The position numbers and the translations under genes are program-made. The notes beneath the pieces are model-generated. The model was given only the letters and a program-made list of their open reading frames with translations, was not told the DNA's origin and ran no database searches. From Alphaproteobacteria bacterium (lineage in GTDB: Bacteria; Pseudomonadota; Alphaproteobacteria; UBA2966), in NCBI GenBank assembly GCA_964291395.2, contig OZ219856.1, positions 1,568,001 through 1,632,000 on the forward strand: a stretch of DNA of 64,000 bases. Direction: 5' to 3'. This document shows positions 30,210 to 40,263 of this stretch, in pieces (positions within the stretch are counted from its first letter, which is position 1; each line of letters opens with the position of its first letter).

Positions 30210-31595
30210 TCAGCCCCGGTTCAGCTCGCGAAGTCTTTCGACAACGAACTCCCTGCGTGCGCTTTCATCCAGTTCGTCCGCCTGGTAAAGGACGTCGGTG
30301 ACCCGGCGGCCCGCATCACCCAGGCATTGCCGGTCCGCTTCCCGATCCGCCTCTCCTGGAACGGTCAGCACCGTATCCTGCGCATAGGTGTAACGGGGAT
30401 TGGTGCGCCGCAAACCGCTCGCCCGCGAGCCGACCGCGGATTCGGGCGGCCACGCGGACGGCGTCTCCCTTCGCACCGCCCGTCGCAGCAGTTGCCTCAG
30501 CAGGGTCACGCCGGCGTCGGTGCTGGCGCGGTGCTCCAGGGCGTGTATGGCGATGGGACGCTGACCCGCCTGGGCTTCCCAGTCCCCCGGCGTGCGCTGC
30601 TTCGACTCGTAGTCGGGACGTTCGGCCTGACCGCCGAAATCGATCGAGTTGATGCCGACGCGCGTGCGGTCCCCACCCGGAAGGTCGTCGCGGAAAAAAC
30701 GCCAGCCGTAGAACGTGCACGACGTATCGTCGTGCGGAACGATCCAGCGCGTGACGTAGACGCGCCGGAAGAACACCTCCTCGCCGCCGATGTCGAAGAC
30801 GGTCCCGAAGTGGGCTTCGTTGGGGAATCTGAAGTGCACGTGCCGCACCCAGACCTTGTCGTCGGGCAGCCGGCGGTTGGAGATGTAAACCAAACCGCTC
30901 CCCTGGTGCGTTTCCTCATACTCGACGTGCGGGATTTCCCCGAACGAGCTGGAGAGCTGGAGCCCGGTCACGCGGCTGTGCAGAAACACGGAATGGACCG
31001 GATCCATCATGTTTTCATAGGTCTGGAGCCAGTTGTTGCCGTGATTGACCAGGAACGGGATCTTCTCGACATCGTCGCGGTCGAATGTCTCGCGCAAGGG
31101 AAACGCCGGTTTCTCCGCCGGCGGCCCCATATAGGCGAACACCAATCCGTCCCGCTCCAGGGCGGGATAGGCGCCGTGCGCCAAGGAGTCCTTGAGGCGG
31201 GAGTCCGGCGGTTCTCCGGGGGTTTCGAGGATCCTGCCGTCGATCCCGTACAGCCAGCCGTGGTAGCAGCAGCGGATTCCGTGCTCCGAAATGATGCCGT
31301 ATTCCAGGGACGTGCCCCGATGACTGCAGTGCCTGTGGAGCACGCCCACGGCCCCCGATTTGTCCCTGAACGCCACCAGGTCTTCGCCGAGAACCTTCAA
31401 CGCCAGGGGCAGGTCCTCCAGGTGCCGGGACAGGCAAACCGGCTGCCAGTGACGGCGCATGTACTCGCCCATGGGCGTACGCGGACCGACTTCCGTCAGC
31501 TCGGGATCGTAGGCCGGCACGTCGCGCAGGTAGTAGCCGGAATACGGCTCCCTGCGGTCCTGCCTCGAGGTTTGCGGCGTCACATTCCTCACCAC
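30210..31595 (-). CDS. Rieske non-heme iron oxygenase (phthalate dioxygenase/LigX-like alpha3 type); start approximate
   Basis: CSH-X16-CCYH Rieske motif, ENMMDPVH..LH mononuclear Fe motif. Confidence 0.9.
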   Translation of the reverse strand: MVRNVTPQTSRQDRREPYSGYYLRDVPAYDPELTEVGPRTPMGEYMRRHWQPVCLSRHLEDLPLALKVLGEDLVAFRDKSGAVGVLHRHCSHRGTSLEYGIISEHGIRCCYHGWLYGIDGRILETPGEPPDSRLKDSLAHGAYPALERDGLVFAYMGPPAEKPAFPLRETFDRDDVEKIPFLVNHGNNWLQTYENMMDPVHSVFLHSRVTGLQLSSSFGEIPHVEYEETHQGSGLVYISNRRLPDDKVWVRHVHFRFPNEAHFGTVFDIGGEEVFFRRVYVTRWIVPHDDTSCTFYGWRFFRDDLPGGDRTRVGINSIDFGGQAERPDYESKQRTPGDWEAQAGQRPIAIHALEHRASTDAGVTLLRQLLRRAVRRETPSAWPPESAVGSRASGLRRTNPRYTYAQDTVLTVPGEADREADRQCLGDAGRRVTDVLYQADELDESARREFVVERLRELNRG

Positions 31596-31629
31596 CCCGC
31601 CATCGTCCTCCCAGGGTCGCGGTCCCGAA

Positions 31630-33897
31630 CTACCGGTAGACGTAGATCGGGCTCGACCACGCAAGATGCCCGTCTTCCTGGGTTACGCGCACGAACAGCG
31701 GGTTGTCGCCACCGTCTTTGAGATCGATCGGCCGTTCGAGGCGCATGGCGCGGTGAGGATTGTCCTCCGGAAGCCGGAACACCCGCACGCGGCGGCCGAG
31801 GCCTCCGGCATCGGACACATGATCGTCGTACCCGACATCGCTCAAGGGCAGGTCGAGCTTCACCAGAGGCGTATCGAGCTTCAATTTGCCGCCGTCCGCG
31901 TCCGTGATCCAGGCGTCGAATCCCCCCAGATTTCCGGTCGTCAGGGCACGCCACCGGAGCGTGTCGTCGCCGATCCGGTCGATGGTCTTGTCCCGGTTGA
32001 AGAAATTGATCGTGCCATGCCGTTCGATCCTTGCGCCTTCGAAGGTCGCCGTTCCGTCCCAGATGACCTGCCGGAAACGACCCCGATACTCCGCCCCTTC
32101 CCAGATAACCCGGATACGGTCACCGAGTTCGTCGATGCCGTAGGGACGGATGGTCTCGACGTGATCCAGTCCGTTGAAGATGTCGAGGCGCTCGATCGGT
32201 GCCGACGCGAGCACGTCCATGGTCAACGTCACACCGCCGGACGGCAAATGGACGATGTCTCCCATCATCGCCTCGGTCGCCGGCCGCCCGTCCACCGGAC
32301 CGAGGTCGGGGTTCTCGTGATAGAGGGTTCCCGCCTCGTCGAAACCGGCGCGCACGTCCATGACGAGGCGTCCGCCCGTGGTCGCGTAGTGATGACGCTT
32401 GCGGAGGCAATCGAATACGGCCGGGCGCGTGAGTTCGGGCATGAGCAGACAGGTCAGGCCGCCGATAGCGCCGAAATGCGCAGCGCCGGGATAACTCGCG
32501 CCGGGACGGCCCTTGTGGCCGTCCGAATTCCCGACGATCCCCACGCGATAACCCATTTCGAAAGCGTCATGGACGAGCCATTCGAAAGTGCCCCACGAGG
32601 AGTGGACCTCCATGGAGCGTTCCACGATGCCGTCGTGCGCGAGCTTCACGTCGGCGTAGCGGCCGCCGCAGTGGGCGAAGCAGACGACGTTCTCATCCGC
32701 TTCCCGCAGGGTCTCGAAGAGGTCCGCGGCGGTATTGCAGTCCGTGTCGATGTCGGACTTGTCATCCACCAGCGCATGCGACGACCGGCGGATGGGACGG
32801 TCATCCGTCATGTAGTACACGTTGCGGTCGCCGCCGAGCGCCGTGTTCCCGGACCACTCGTATCCCGGCAGGGTGACAAAGTTTCCGGGTTCGTCGAATT
32901 CGGCGGTAAGTTCACTCAACGTGCTCCAGAAATCCTTGGTGATCTGGAAGTCGTTGCCCTGGTGTCCCGCCACGTCGACGAATGCGCGGTCGCGCGCGAA
33001 CTCGAAATACTGGCGCGCGCTGTTGGTGCCGATGGTTTCCTCGCTCTGCCCGTGCATGTCGCCCCAATAGGGCCGCAGGGCCGCCTTCTCGACGATGCGA
33101 AGCGCATTGGCGCTGCAGAGCACGGCGCCCGAGTCATCCAGGAGCTCGATGTCGACGTTCCCGGGTTCGTCCACCGACAGGCCTTCCACGTGATACGCGA
33201 ATTCGCCTGCCGGGAACCGGATTCGCTCGGGCAGGCCGTCGACCGGCCGGGATGACCGCAAGGTCAGCGTCCGGTCGGCCTGATTCGTCGGATTGCCCCA
33301 TTTGTCCTCGGCCTTGATCGAGAGGCGAAATGCATCACCGACATTTCGCGACGTCGGGCAGACCGCGACCCAGCGGTCCACCGGTCCCGGGATCAGCTTG
33401 ATCATCGGCTGGACCGGAAGCTGCTGGTAGTTGTAGGTGGCGATAGGGTCGACCAGGACGCGGAACTCGAACGTATCCTCGCAGAATGTCTGCAGGCGCA
33501 TGCCGGGTGAGCCCTGGCTGGTATCGCCGAAGGTGATGGTGATGGTGTCGCCCTTTTTCATGAAGCCGCGAACGACCTTTACGTAGAGGGTGCGGTCCCA
33601 GGGCCGGATATTGCCCTTGGGGTCGTAACGGTATTCCAGAACCGCGTTGTTGCTGGCGACGACCGTCGTGTAGTTGGGTCCCTTCGGATCGTCGAACTGC
33701 GGGCGGGTCTGGTCGGCCGCGAATCGGAAAACGACGCGCAGGCTTCCGGAGTCGTCGATGCCGAAATATCCGCAGGTGTACGTCAGGGTAAACGTTTGAT
33801 AGGAGCCCGCCTCGAACTCTCCGACGGGAACGAGCTCGGCGTGGCCGAGCTCCCGCGGTTCAATCGGGTCCTCGAAGATTCCGGCGGTCGTGGGCAT
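31630..33897 (-). CDS. DUF3604/PHP-like domain protein
   Basis: YWGDMHGQS, GYEWS..GGDRNV, GNSDGHKGRPG, YATTG, AWSSPI. Confidence 0.8.
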   Translation of the reverse strand: MPTTAGIFEDPIEPRELGHAELVPVGEFEAGSYQTFTLTYTCGYFGIDDSGSLRVVFRFAADQTRPQFDDPKGPNYTTVVASNNAVLEYRYDPKGNIRPWDRTLYVKVVRGFMKKGDTITITFGDTSQGSPGMRLQTFCEDTFEFRVLVDPIATYNYQQLPVQPMIKLIPGPVDRWVAVCPTSRNVGDAFRLSIKAEDKWGNPTNQADRTLTLRSSRPVDGLPERIRFPAGEFAYHVEGLSVDEPGNVDIELLDDSGAVLCSANALRIVEKAALRPYWGDMHGQSEETIGTNSARQYFEFARDRAFVDVAGHQGNDFQITKDFWSTLSELTAEFDEPGNFVTLPGYEWSGNTALGGDRNVYYMTDDRPIRRSSHALVDDKSDIDTDCNTAADLFETLREADENVVCFAHCGGRYADVKLAHDGIVERSMEVHSSWGTFEWLVHDAFEMGYRVGIVGNSDGHKGRPGASYPGAAHFGAIGGLTCLLMPELTRPAVFDCLRKRHHYATTGGRLVMDVRAGFDEAGTLYHENPDLGPVDGRPATEAMMGDIVHLPSGGVTLTMDVLASAPIERLDIFNGLDHVETIRPYGIDELGDRIRVIWEGAEYRGRFRQVIWDGTATFEGARIERHGTINFFNRDKTIDRIGDDTLRWRALTTGNLGGFDAWITDADGGKLKLDTPLVKLDLPLSDVGYDDHVSDAGGLGRRVRVFRLPEDNPHRAMRLERPIDLKDGGDNPLFVRVTQEDGHLAWSSPIYVYR

Positions 33898-33933
33898 CGT
33901 CTGTCCTGGTTTCGAATTTCGGGTCGGGGATGG

Positions 33934-34374
33934 TTATACGCCGACGATCTCGGCCGAGTCTCCCACCCGGATCCCGCCACCCGACACCACGCGGCAGGTA
34001 CGGCCGCCGCGCCAGTCGGGCGTGAGCGCCCGTCTCAGGCCGTCGTACTGTTCGTCCATGCGCTCGCAGGGGTCGGTCTCGCCCGTGATCTCGAGCAGGC
34101 ATTCGCCGATTCTGACGCGGGCACCGGGGGCGCGCGGCAGAACCATGCCGTCGAGCAACAGGTTCGCCCGGCGCATGGTCCAGGAAAGGTCGGCGTCCAG
34201 CTCGTCACAGGCCGCCTGCCAGTCGGCGGTCGAGAGAATCGTGACTTGGCGCTCCGCGAAATCTCCGTGGCGGTCGCCCGCGATACCCGATTCGACGCTG
34301 ACCGAAACGGAGTCGACCTCCTCCATCGCGGCGCGCTGTGCGCCCCGTATCGCAATGCCTTTCAGCAGACCCAT
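33934..34374 (-). CDS. MOSC-domain protein
   Basis: RQVTIL, RRANLL, LEITGETDPCERMD, WRGG..GGIRVGD. Confidence 0.85.
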   Translation of the reverse strand: MGLLKGIAIRGAQRAAMEEVDSVSVSVESGIAGDRHGDFAERQVTILSTADWQAACDELDADLSWTMRRANLLLDGMVLPRAPGARVRIGECLLEITGETDPCERMDEQYDGLRRALTPDWRGGRTCRVVSGGGIRVGDSAEIVGV

Positions 34375-34575
34375 GGTGCAGACGCGCCTCCCGCGCAACT
34401 CCGGGATGTTGATGAAGACCGTGAGACGCCATTGTCGGGGGTCGGCATCGAAGGCGTCAAGCGAACCGGTTGCGCCAGCGGGCACGGTTGACGCGTGGGA
34501 GGCAATACCGTCATCAATGGGCCCGGCCGTGTACCCGATACGGGTGGGAACGAAATCGAGAGGAGGAGGACCGGA

Positions 34576-35196
34576 ATGCTGAAGGTCTGGGGCCGGGAAA
34601 CGTCGATCAACGTCCAGAAGGTGATGTGGCTCGTGGGAGAACTGGGCCTCGAGTATGAACGGGTCGACGTCGGCGGGCCGTTCGGCGGTCTCGACCAGCC
34701 GGACTACATGGCGATGAACCCGACGAGCCGCATCCCGACGATCGAAGACGACGGTTTCACGCTGTGGGAATCGCACGCCATCGTGAGATACCTCGCACAG
34801 AAGCACGGGGCCGGTTCCTGGTGGCCGGATGATCCTCGTATCCGTGCCGTGGCGGATCAATGGATGGACTGGCCCTACAACGTCGCCTATCCGCAATTGA
34901 TCAGGGCATTCCTCGGGCTTTACCGGACGCCCGAAGACGAACGAGACGACGACGCGATCGCACGGGCCCTGGAGACCTGTGCCAAGGAATTGGGCGTGCT
35001 CGACGCGTATCTGGCGCGAAACGCCTACGTCGCGGGAGACGCACCGACCATGGGCGACATTCCCGTCGGCTGCATCACCTACCGGTGGTATGCCATGGAT
35101 ATCGAACGACCCGAATACCCGAACCTGGCGGCCTGGTATGCACGGCTCCGGGAAAGTCCGGCCTTTCGCGAGCACGCCATGATCCCGCTGAGCTGA
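34576..35196 (+). CDS. Glutathione S-transferase (GstB-like)
   Basis: WGR..SINVQKV, MNP..IP, LWESHAIVRYL; strong AGGAGG RBS. Confidence 0.92.
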   Translation: MLKVWGRETSINVQKVMWLVGELGLEYERVDVGGPFGGLDQPDYMAMNPTSRIPTIEDDGFTLWESHAIVRYLAQKHGAGSWWPDDPRIRAVADQWMDWPYNVAYPQLIRAFLGLYRTPEDERDDDAIARALETCAKELGVLDAYLARNAYVAGDAPTMGDIPVGCITYRWYAMDIERPEYPNLAAWYARLRESPAFREHAMIPLS

Positions 35197-35306
35197 GCAT
35201 ATGCCTGCATACGGCCGCCCCCCGGAAACACGGGTTGCCGGAGAGCGGTCGCGCCTCCGGTCCTTGATCCCGGCTCGCTGCAAGGGCAGCAAGTGACACA
35301 CGGTAC

Positions 35307-36041
35307 GTGATCGACCCCCTCCTCACCCCGGCGTTCGGGTTTTCCGTATTCGCGGTCAGTCTCGGCGGAATCGTCCGGGGATTCTCGGGCGCGGGATCGG
35401 GCCTCATCATGATTCCCTTGATGTCGCTCGTGTACTGGCCGCCCCAGGCATTGACGATGGCCATCATGATCGGGGTCGTCGGCGCGATTCAGCTCGTTCC
35501 CCAGACGATCCGCCATGTCCGCTGGCGCGACGTGGGACCCATGACCGGAACCGCGGCGGTCGCCATTCCCGTCGGCACGGCGTTTCTGTTCATCGTCGAC
35601 CCGGAGATCACCCGGCGCTGCATCGGCGCCATCGTCCTGCTGTCGTCGCTCGTCCTGTTGAGCGGCTGGATCTATCGTGGTCCGCGCAATCCGGTCACCA
35701 GCGCCTCGGCCGGCGTGGTGGCCGGCCTGATGAACGGCTTCGCCGGGGCCGGCAGCGTGATCCCGACGCTCTACTTCGTGGCGAGCCGGGAGCGCGCCGT
35801 CGTCCTCCGCGCCAACATCTTCACGGTGGTCACCCTGTTTCTCGTCATCACGGCGGTCTCGCTGGCGTTCCGGGGAACGGTGACGCGCGAATCGGTCACC
35901 ATCGCCGCGGCACTTCTGATTCCCTACGGATTCACGATCTGGATCGGTTCCCGCCTGTTCCAGCGCTCCACCGACCGTGTCTATCGGTTGGCCGTCCTGT
36001 GGCTTCTCGCCGCCATCGGGGCATTCGTCGCGATCTACTGA
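35307..36041 (+). CDS. TauE/SafE-family membrane protein (sulfite exporter family)
   Basis: GGIVRGFSGAGSGLI repeat motif, about 8 TM segments. Confidence 0.8.
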   Translation: MIDPLLTPAFGFSVFAVSLGGIVRGFSGAGSGLIMIPLMSLVYWPPQALTMAIMIGVVGAIQLVPQTIRHVRWRDVGPMTGTAAVAIPVGTAFLFIVDPEITRRCIGAIVLLSSLVLLSGWIYRGPRNPVTSASAGVVAGLMNGFAGAGSVIPTLYFVASRERAVVLRANIFTVVTLFLVITAVSLAFRGTVTRESVTIAAALLIPYGFTIWIGSRLFQRSTDRVYRLAVLWLLAAIGAFVAIY

Positions 36042-36225
36042 AGCTGTTCCGGTGTTCGGTCCGACAACCGATTTGCCGCGCCGCAATAGGGCGCTGGTTG
36101 CCACATTGGCGCATGGTGGTAGTGTGACGCCATCGCCTCATGACGGCGCTGGAATCCGTTGATCGGCCAGTCGAGGGGAACGACGTGCACTTCTGATTTC
36201 ATCCGACATCAAGGAGACGACAATC

Positions 36226-37167
36226 ATGACATCACTCCGTATTTTGACTGCTGCTGCGGCCCTATCGATCGGCGTAGGCGCCGCCCAAGCGGCGGACCCG
36301 CCGGCCTGCAAAGAGGTCCGCTTCTCGGACGTCGGTTGGAGCTGCATCACGGCGACCACATCGATCGCCGCCAGCATCCTGGAAGGCCTGGGCTACGAAG
36401 CCAAGGTCGACGTCCTGTCGGTGCCCGTTACGTTCCAGAGCCTGGCGAACAACGATCTTGACGCCTTCCTCGGCCTTTGGCTGCCGACTCAGGAGAGCAT
36501 GATCAGCCCTTACTTCGAGAAGGGCCAGATCGAGAAAGTCACCGTCAATCTCGAGGGCGCGAAGTATACCCTGGCAGTGCCCAAGTATGTCCATGACGCG
36601 GGCGTCAAGAGCTTCGCCGACCTGGCCCAGCACAAGGACAAATTCGATGGCAAAATCTACGGCATCGAGCCGGGCAACGACGGCAACCTGATCATTCAGG
36701 ACATGATCGACAAGAATGCCTTCGGCCTGAGCGGTTGGGAAGTCGTGGAGTCGAGCGAACAGGGCATGCTGAGCCAGGTGCAGCGGGCCACCAAGCGCAA
36801 CGAGTGGATCGTCTACCTGGGATGGGAGCCTCACCCCATGAACCGGCGCTTCGCCATGGCCTACCTGGACGGTGGGGACGATTACTTCGGCCCCAACTTC
36901 GGTGGCGCGACGGTCTACACCCTGGCCCCGGCGGGTTACGTGCAGAAGTGTCCGAACGTCGGCAAGCTGCTGCAGAACCTGGGCTTCACCCTGGCCATGG
37001 AGAACGAGATCATGGGCTACATGCTGGACGACGGCATGGACCCGGGGGCCGCCGCGATGAAGCTCGTCAGGCAAAATCCGGAACTCGTGGACAAGTGGCT
37101 CGCGGGCGTTACCACGCTCGACGGCAAGGAAGGCGCCGCGGCGGTCAGGGTACATCTGGGCATGTAG
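36226..37167 (+). CDS. choX: Choline-type ABC transporter substrate-binding protein
   Basis: Signal peptide, VRFSDVGW, GIEPGNDGN, ESSEQGML, GWEPHPMN. Confidence 0.88.
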   Translation: MTSLRILTAAAALSIGVGAAQAADPPACKEVRFSDVGWSCITATTSIAASILEGLGYEAKVDVLSVPVTFQSLANNDLDAFLGLWLPTQESMISPYFEKGQIEKVTVNLEGAKYTLAVPKYVHDAGVKSFADLAQHKDKFDGKIYGIEPGNDGNLIIQDMIDKNAFGLSGWEVVESSEQGMLSQVQRATKRNEWIVYLGWEPHPMNRRFAMAYLDGGDDYFGPNFGGATVYTLAPAGYVQKCPNVGKLLQNLGFTLAMENEIMGYMLDDGMDPGAAAMKLVRQNPELVDKWLAGVTTLDGKEGAAAVRVHLGM

Positions 37168-37262
37168 CGCCGACGCCCTGGCCCCGATCAATCGAACACG
37201 TATCCCGGGGGCGCCCGCTCAATGGGCTCGGACATTGTCCGGGCGTCCCCCGATGAAGGGCA

Positions 37263-38135
37263 ATGGGTGATGCCATGGATTGGCTGACCACGCAGATCTC
37301 CGATCACAAGATTCCGCTTGGCTCCTGGATCGCCGGTTTCTTCGACTTCCTCATAAACAATTTCGCGACCTTCTTCGACTTGCTATCGGCCCTGCTTGAA
37401 TTCGTCGTAGAAGGCCTGACGACGCTGATGCAGGCGTGCCCGCCTTTGGCCCTGATCGCCTCGGTCGCGGTGTTGGCCTGGTGGCTGCACCGCTCCCTGT
37501 GGCTGGTGCTGGGCATCGCGGCGTTTCTGCTGTTGATCATCAACCAGGGGTACTGGGAGCAGACCCTGGAAACCCTGGCCCTGGTGTTCTTCGCCACCTT
37601 GATCTGCATGCTCATCGGGATTCCGATCGGTATCGCCGCGGCACATCGGCCGTGGCTTTATGCGGTGATCCGGCCGATCCTCGACCTGATGCAGACCATC
37701 CCCACCTTCGTCTACCTCATCCCCACTCTGATCCTGTTCGGGCTCGGCGTAGTGCCGGGACTCATCTCGACGGTGATCTTCGCCATCCCGGCACCCATCC
37801 GGCTGACCTACCTTGGCGTGCACTCGGTACCCCAACAGCTTCTGGAGGCCGGCAAGGCTTTCGGTGCCAACAGGCGGCAACTGCTCTGGAAGGTGGAACT
37901 GCCCCACGCGATGCCGACGATCATGGCCGGCCTGACGCAGGCCATAATGTTGTCCCTCTCCATGGTCGTGATCGCCGCGCTCGTAGGCGCCGACGGCCTG
38001 GGCAAGCCGGTGGTGCGGGCGCTCGGAACCGTCAACATCAAGATGGGCATCGAGGCCGGCCTGGCGATCGTCATCGTCGCCATTCTGCTCGACCGCATCT
38101 GCAAGCATCCCGGCCGGAGACACACGGTCGGCTGA
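37263..38135 (+). CDS. choW: Choline-type ABC transporter permease
   Basis: KIPLG, LDLMQTIPTFVYLIP, EAA-like loop (EAGKAFGA). Confidence 0.9.
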   Translation: MGDAMDWLTTQISDHKIPLGSWIAGFFDFLINNFATFFDLLSALLEFVVEGLTTLMQACPPLALIASVAVLAWWLHRSLWLVLGIAAFLLLIINQGYWEQTLETLALVFFATLICMLIGIPIGIAAAHRPWLYAVIRPILDLMQTIPTFVYLIPTLILFGLGVVPGLISTVIFAIPAPIRLTYLGVHSVPQQLLEAGKAFGANRRQLLWKVELPHAMPTIMAGLTQAIMLSLSMVVIAALVGADGLGKPVVRALGTVNIKMGIEAGLAIVIVAILLDRICKHPGRRHTVG

Positions 38136-38138
38136 ACG

Positions 38139-39332
38139 ATGCCAGCCATCGCTTTCCAGGACGTCGACATCATCTTCGGCAAGGAGACGGACCGGGCACT
38201 TGCACTCCTCGACGCCGGCCGCACGAGGGATCAAATCCTGGAGGAGACCGGCCAGGTGGTCGGAGTCGCGGGCGCAAGCCTGACGGTGGAAACCGGAGAA
38301 GTCTGCGTCATCATGGGGCTCTCGGGCTCCGGCAAGTCAACTCTGGTGCGCTCCGTAAACGGCCTCAATCAGGTGACTCGAGGCCGGGTGCTGGTGCAGG
38401 ACCGGGAGGCGGAGATCGATATCACGTGCTGCGATGCCCAAACCATCCGCCGCCTGAGGACGGAGCGCATCGCCATGGTGTTCCAGCAGTTCGCGCTGCT
38501 GCCCTGGCGCACCGTGGCGGAAAACGTCGGTCTTGGCCTGGAATTGCGGGGCATGCCGCGCCGCGACCGCGCCGCCATCGTCGACCAAAAGCTCTCATTG
38601 GTAGGTCTGGAGCAGTGGCGAGACAAGTACGCCCACGAGCTCTCTGGCGGCATGCAGCAGCGCGTGGGCCTGGCCCGCGCCTTCGCCACCGATGCCGACA
38701 TTCTGCTCATGGACGAGCCGTTCTCCGCCCTTGACCCGCTGATCCGGGAGAAGCTGCAGGACGAGTTGCAGATACTGCAGCGCCGGCTCAAGAAGACGAT
38801 CCTGTTCGTCAGCCACGACCTGGACGAGGCGCTGAAGCTCGGCACCCATATCGCCATCATGGACAGCGGCCGCATCGTCCAGTTCGGCGAACCGGAGAAT
38901 ATCGTATTGCAGCCCGCCAACGAGTATGTGGCCGAGTTCGTTGCCCACATGAATCCGCTGAACGTTCTGCGTGGCGGCTCCCTGATGACGCCGGTGGAAG
39001 CGCTGCGGCGGGAAGATGACGAGGTGCTTCTTGACCGGGACGGCCGCGTCCGCGTGTCTCTGGACCGGAACGGCGCCCCCACGGCGGTCAGCATCGACGG
39101 CCGACCCGCCTCTCTGATGACCCACGACCAAGTCCGCAACGGGGCCGGCGTCGACGGCGCCACCATGGTGACCGCGCCGGCGGCCATGTCCATGCGCACG
39201 GCGATCGAGTTGCGCCGCGCGAGCGGCATACCGGTGGCGGTGCTCGAAGACGGCAGGTTGGCCGGGGTGTGTGGAGATGAGGAGATCTACCGCGGCATCC
39301 TGCGCCAAGCCGGTGGCCCGGCGAGACCATGA
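38139..39332 (+). CDS. choV: Choline-type ABC transporter ATP-binding protein
   Basis: GLSGSGKS, LSGGMQQRVG, MDEPFSALD, HMNPLNVL. Confidence 0.9.
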   Translation: MPAIAFQDVDIIFGKETDRALALLDAGRTRDQILEETGQVVGVAGASLTVETGEVCVIMGLSGSGKSTLVRSVNGLNQVTRGRVLVQDREAEIDITCCDAQTIRRLRTERIAMVFQQFALLPWRTVAENVGLGLELRGMPRRDRAAIVDQKLSLVGLEQWRDKYAHELSGGMQQRVGLARAFATDADILLMDEPFSALDPLIREKLQDELQILQRRLKKTILFVSHDLDEALKLGTHIAIMDSGRIVQFGEPENIVLQPANEYVAEFVAHMNPLNVLRGGSLMTPVEALRREDDEVLLDRDGRVRVSLDRNGAPTAVSIDGRPASLMTHDQVRNGAGVDGATMVTAPAAMSMRTAIELRRASGIPVAVLEDGRLAGVCGDEEIYRGILRQAGGPARP

Positions 39333-40183
39333 GGCGAGCGCTGCTGACTCTCTGCCTCGGTCTCGTGACCGCCAGCGCGGAGGCCCACTACGTCGATCTC
39401 GAACAGGCCCTGATCCGCGATCGCGTCCTGACCTTCGGCCTGGCCCTGGTCGGGGAACCGTTCTCCTACCGGCGCGACGGCACGATCCGGGGATTCGAGG
39501 TGGCGGTGGCCAGGGCGGTCGCCGCAGCCCACGATCTCGAGCTGAGACTGGTTCGGCTGGCACGGGACGAACTGAAGCGGGCACTCGACGACGGACGAGT
39601 CGATGCCGTGAACAGCCTGGCCCTGGCAGCCGAGGACCACACCCTCTCGATTTTGCCTTACCTCAGGGTCGGTGATCACGTGATGATCCTCAAGGGAAAC
39701 CCGTTTCGCATCCGCACGCCCGACGATCTTTCGGGACGGGTGGTCGCCGCGACGTCCGGGTCCAGCGCCGAGATCTATGCCCGCGCGCTCAATGACCGTT
39801 TTCTGACCGCGGGCCGGCCGGCCATGCACATCCACACGTTTCCCGAGCAGCGCCATACCCACTTTCCGGTCTCCATGGGTCACGCCAGCGCCTATTTCGT
39901 GAAGAGCGTCAGCGCCGTCGGTATCAGCCGGGATCCGCACGCGCGCACGCGGTTGCTGCCGGGCGCGTTCCAGCCGCGGCGGGAAGCGGGATTCGCCCTG
40001 AGGCCGGACAACCGCGTGCTGCATCACGCCGTCGAACACGCCGTCGCGGCCATGGTGGCGACCGGCAAGCACGAGCGGCTGATGCGGCAATTCGGGCTGC
40101 CGATCGAGCTGAGCCCGTATCCCCGCGACGGCGACCACCAGAGCGGTCCCGGTTCGGCCGCAACCGTTCCGGCCGAGAAATAG
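39329..40183 (+). CDS. Amino-acid-type (family 3) periplasmic substrate-binding protein
   Basis: Signal peptide, EPFSY..GFEV.VA, L..GRVD; ATGA overlap with choV. Confidence 0.75.
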   Translation: MRRALLTLCLGLVTASAEAHYVDLEQALIRDRVLTFGLALVGEPFSYRRDGTIRGFEVAVARAVAAAHDLELRLVRLARDELKRALDDGRVDAVNSLALAAEDHTLSILPYLRVGDHVMILKGNPFRIRTPDDLSGRVVAATSGSSAEIYARALNDRFLTAGRPAMHIHTFPEQRHTHFPVSMGHASAYFVKSVSAVGISRDPHARTRLLPGAFQPRREAGFALRPDNRVLHHAVEHAVAAMVATGKHERLMRQFGLPIELSPYPRDGDHQSGPGSAATVPAEK

Positions 40184-40263
40184 GACGGTCATTGCGTCAA
40201 ACGCAGAGATCGTAGAACCTTGTTCCTCAGGAAGGCCAACCGCTGGGACAAGGAGTTTGCGAC

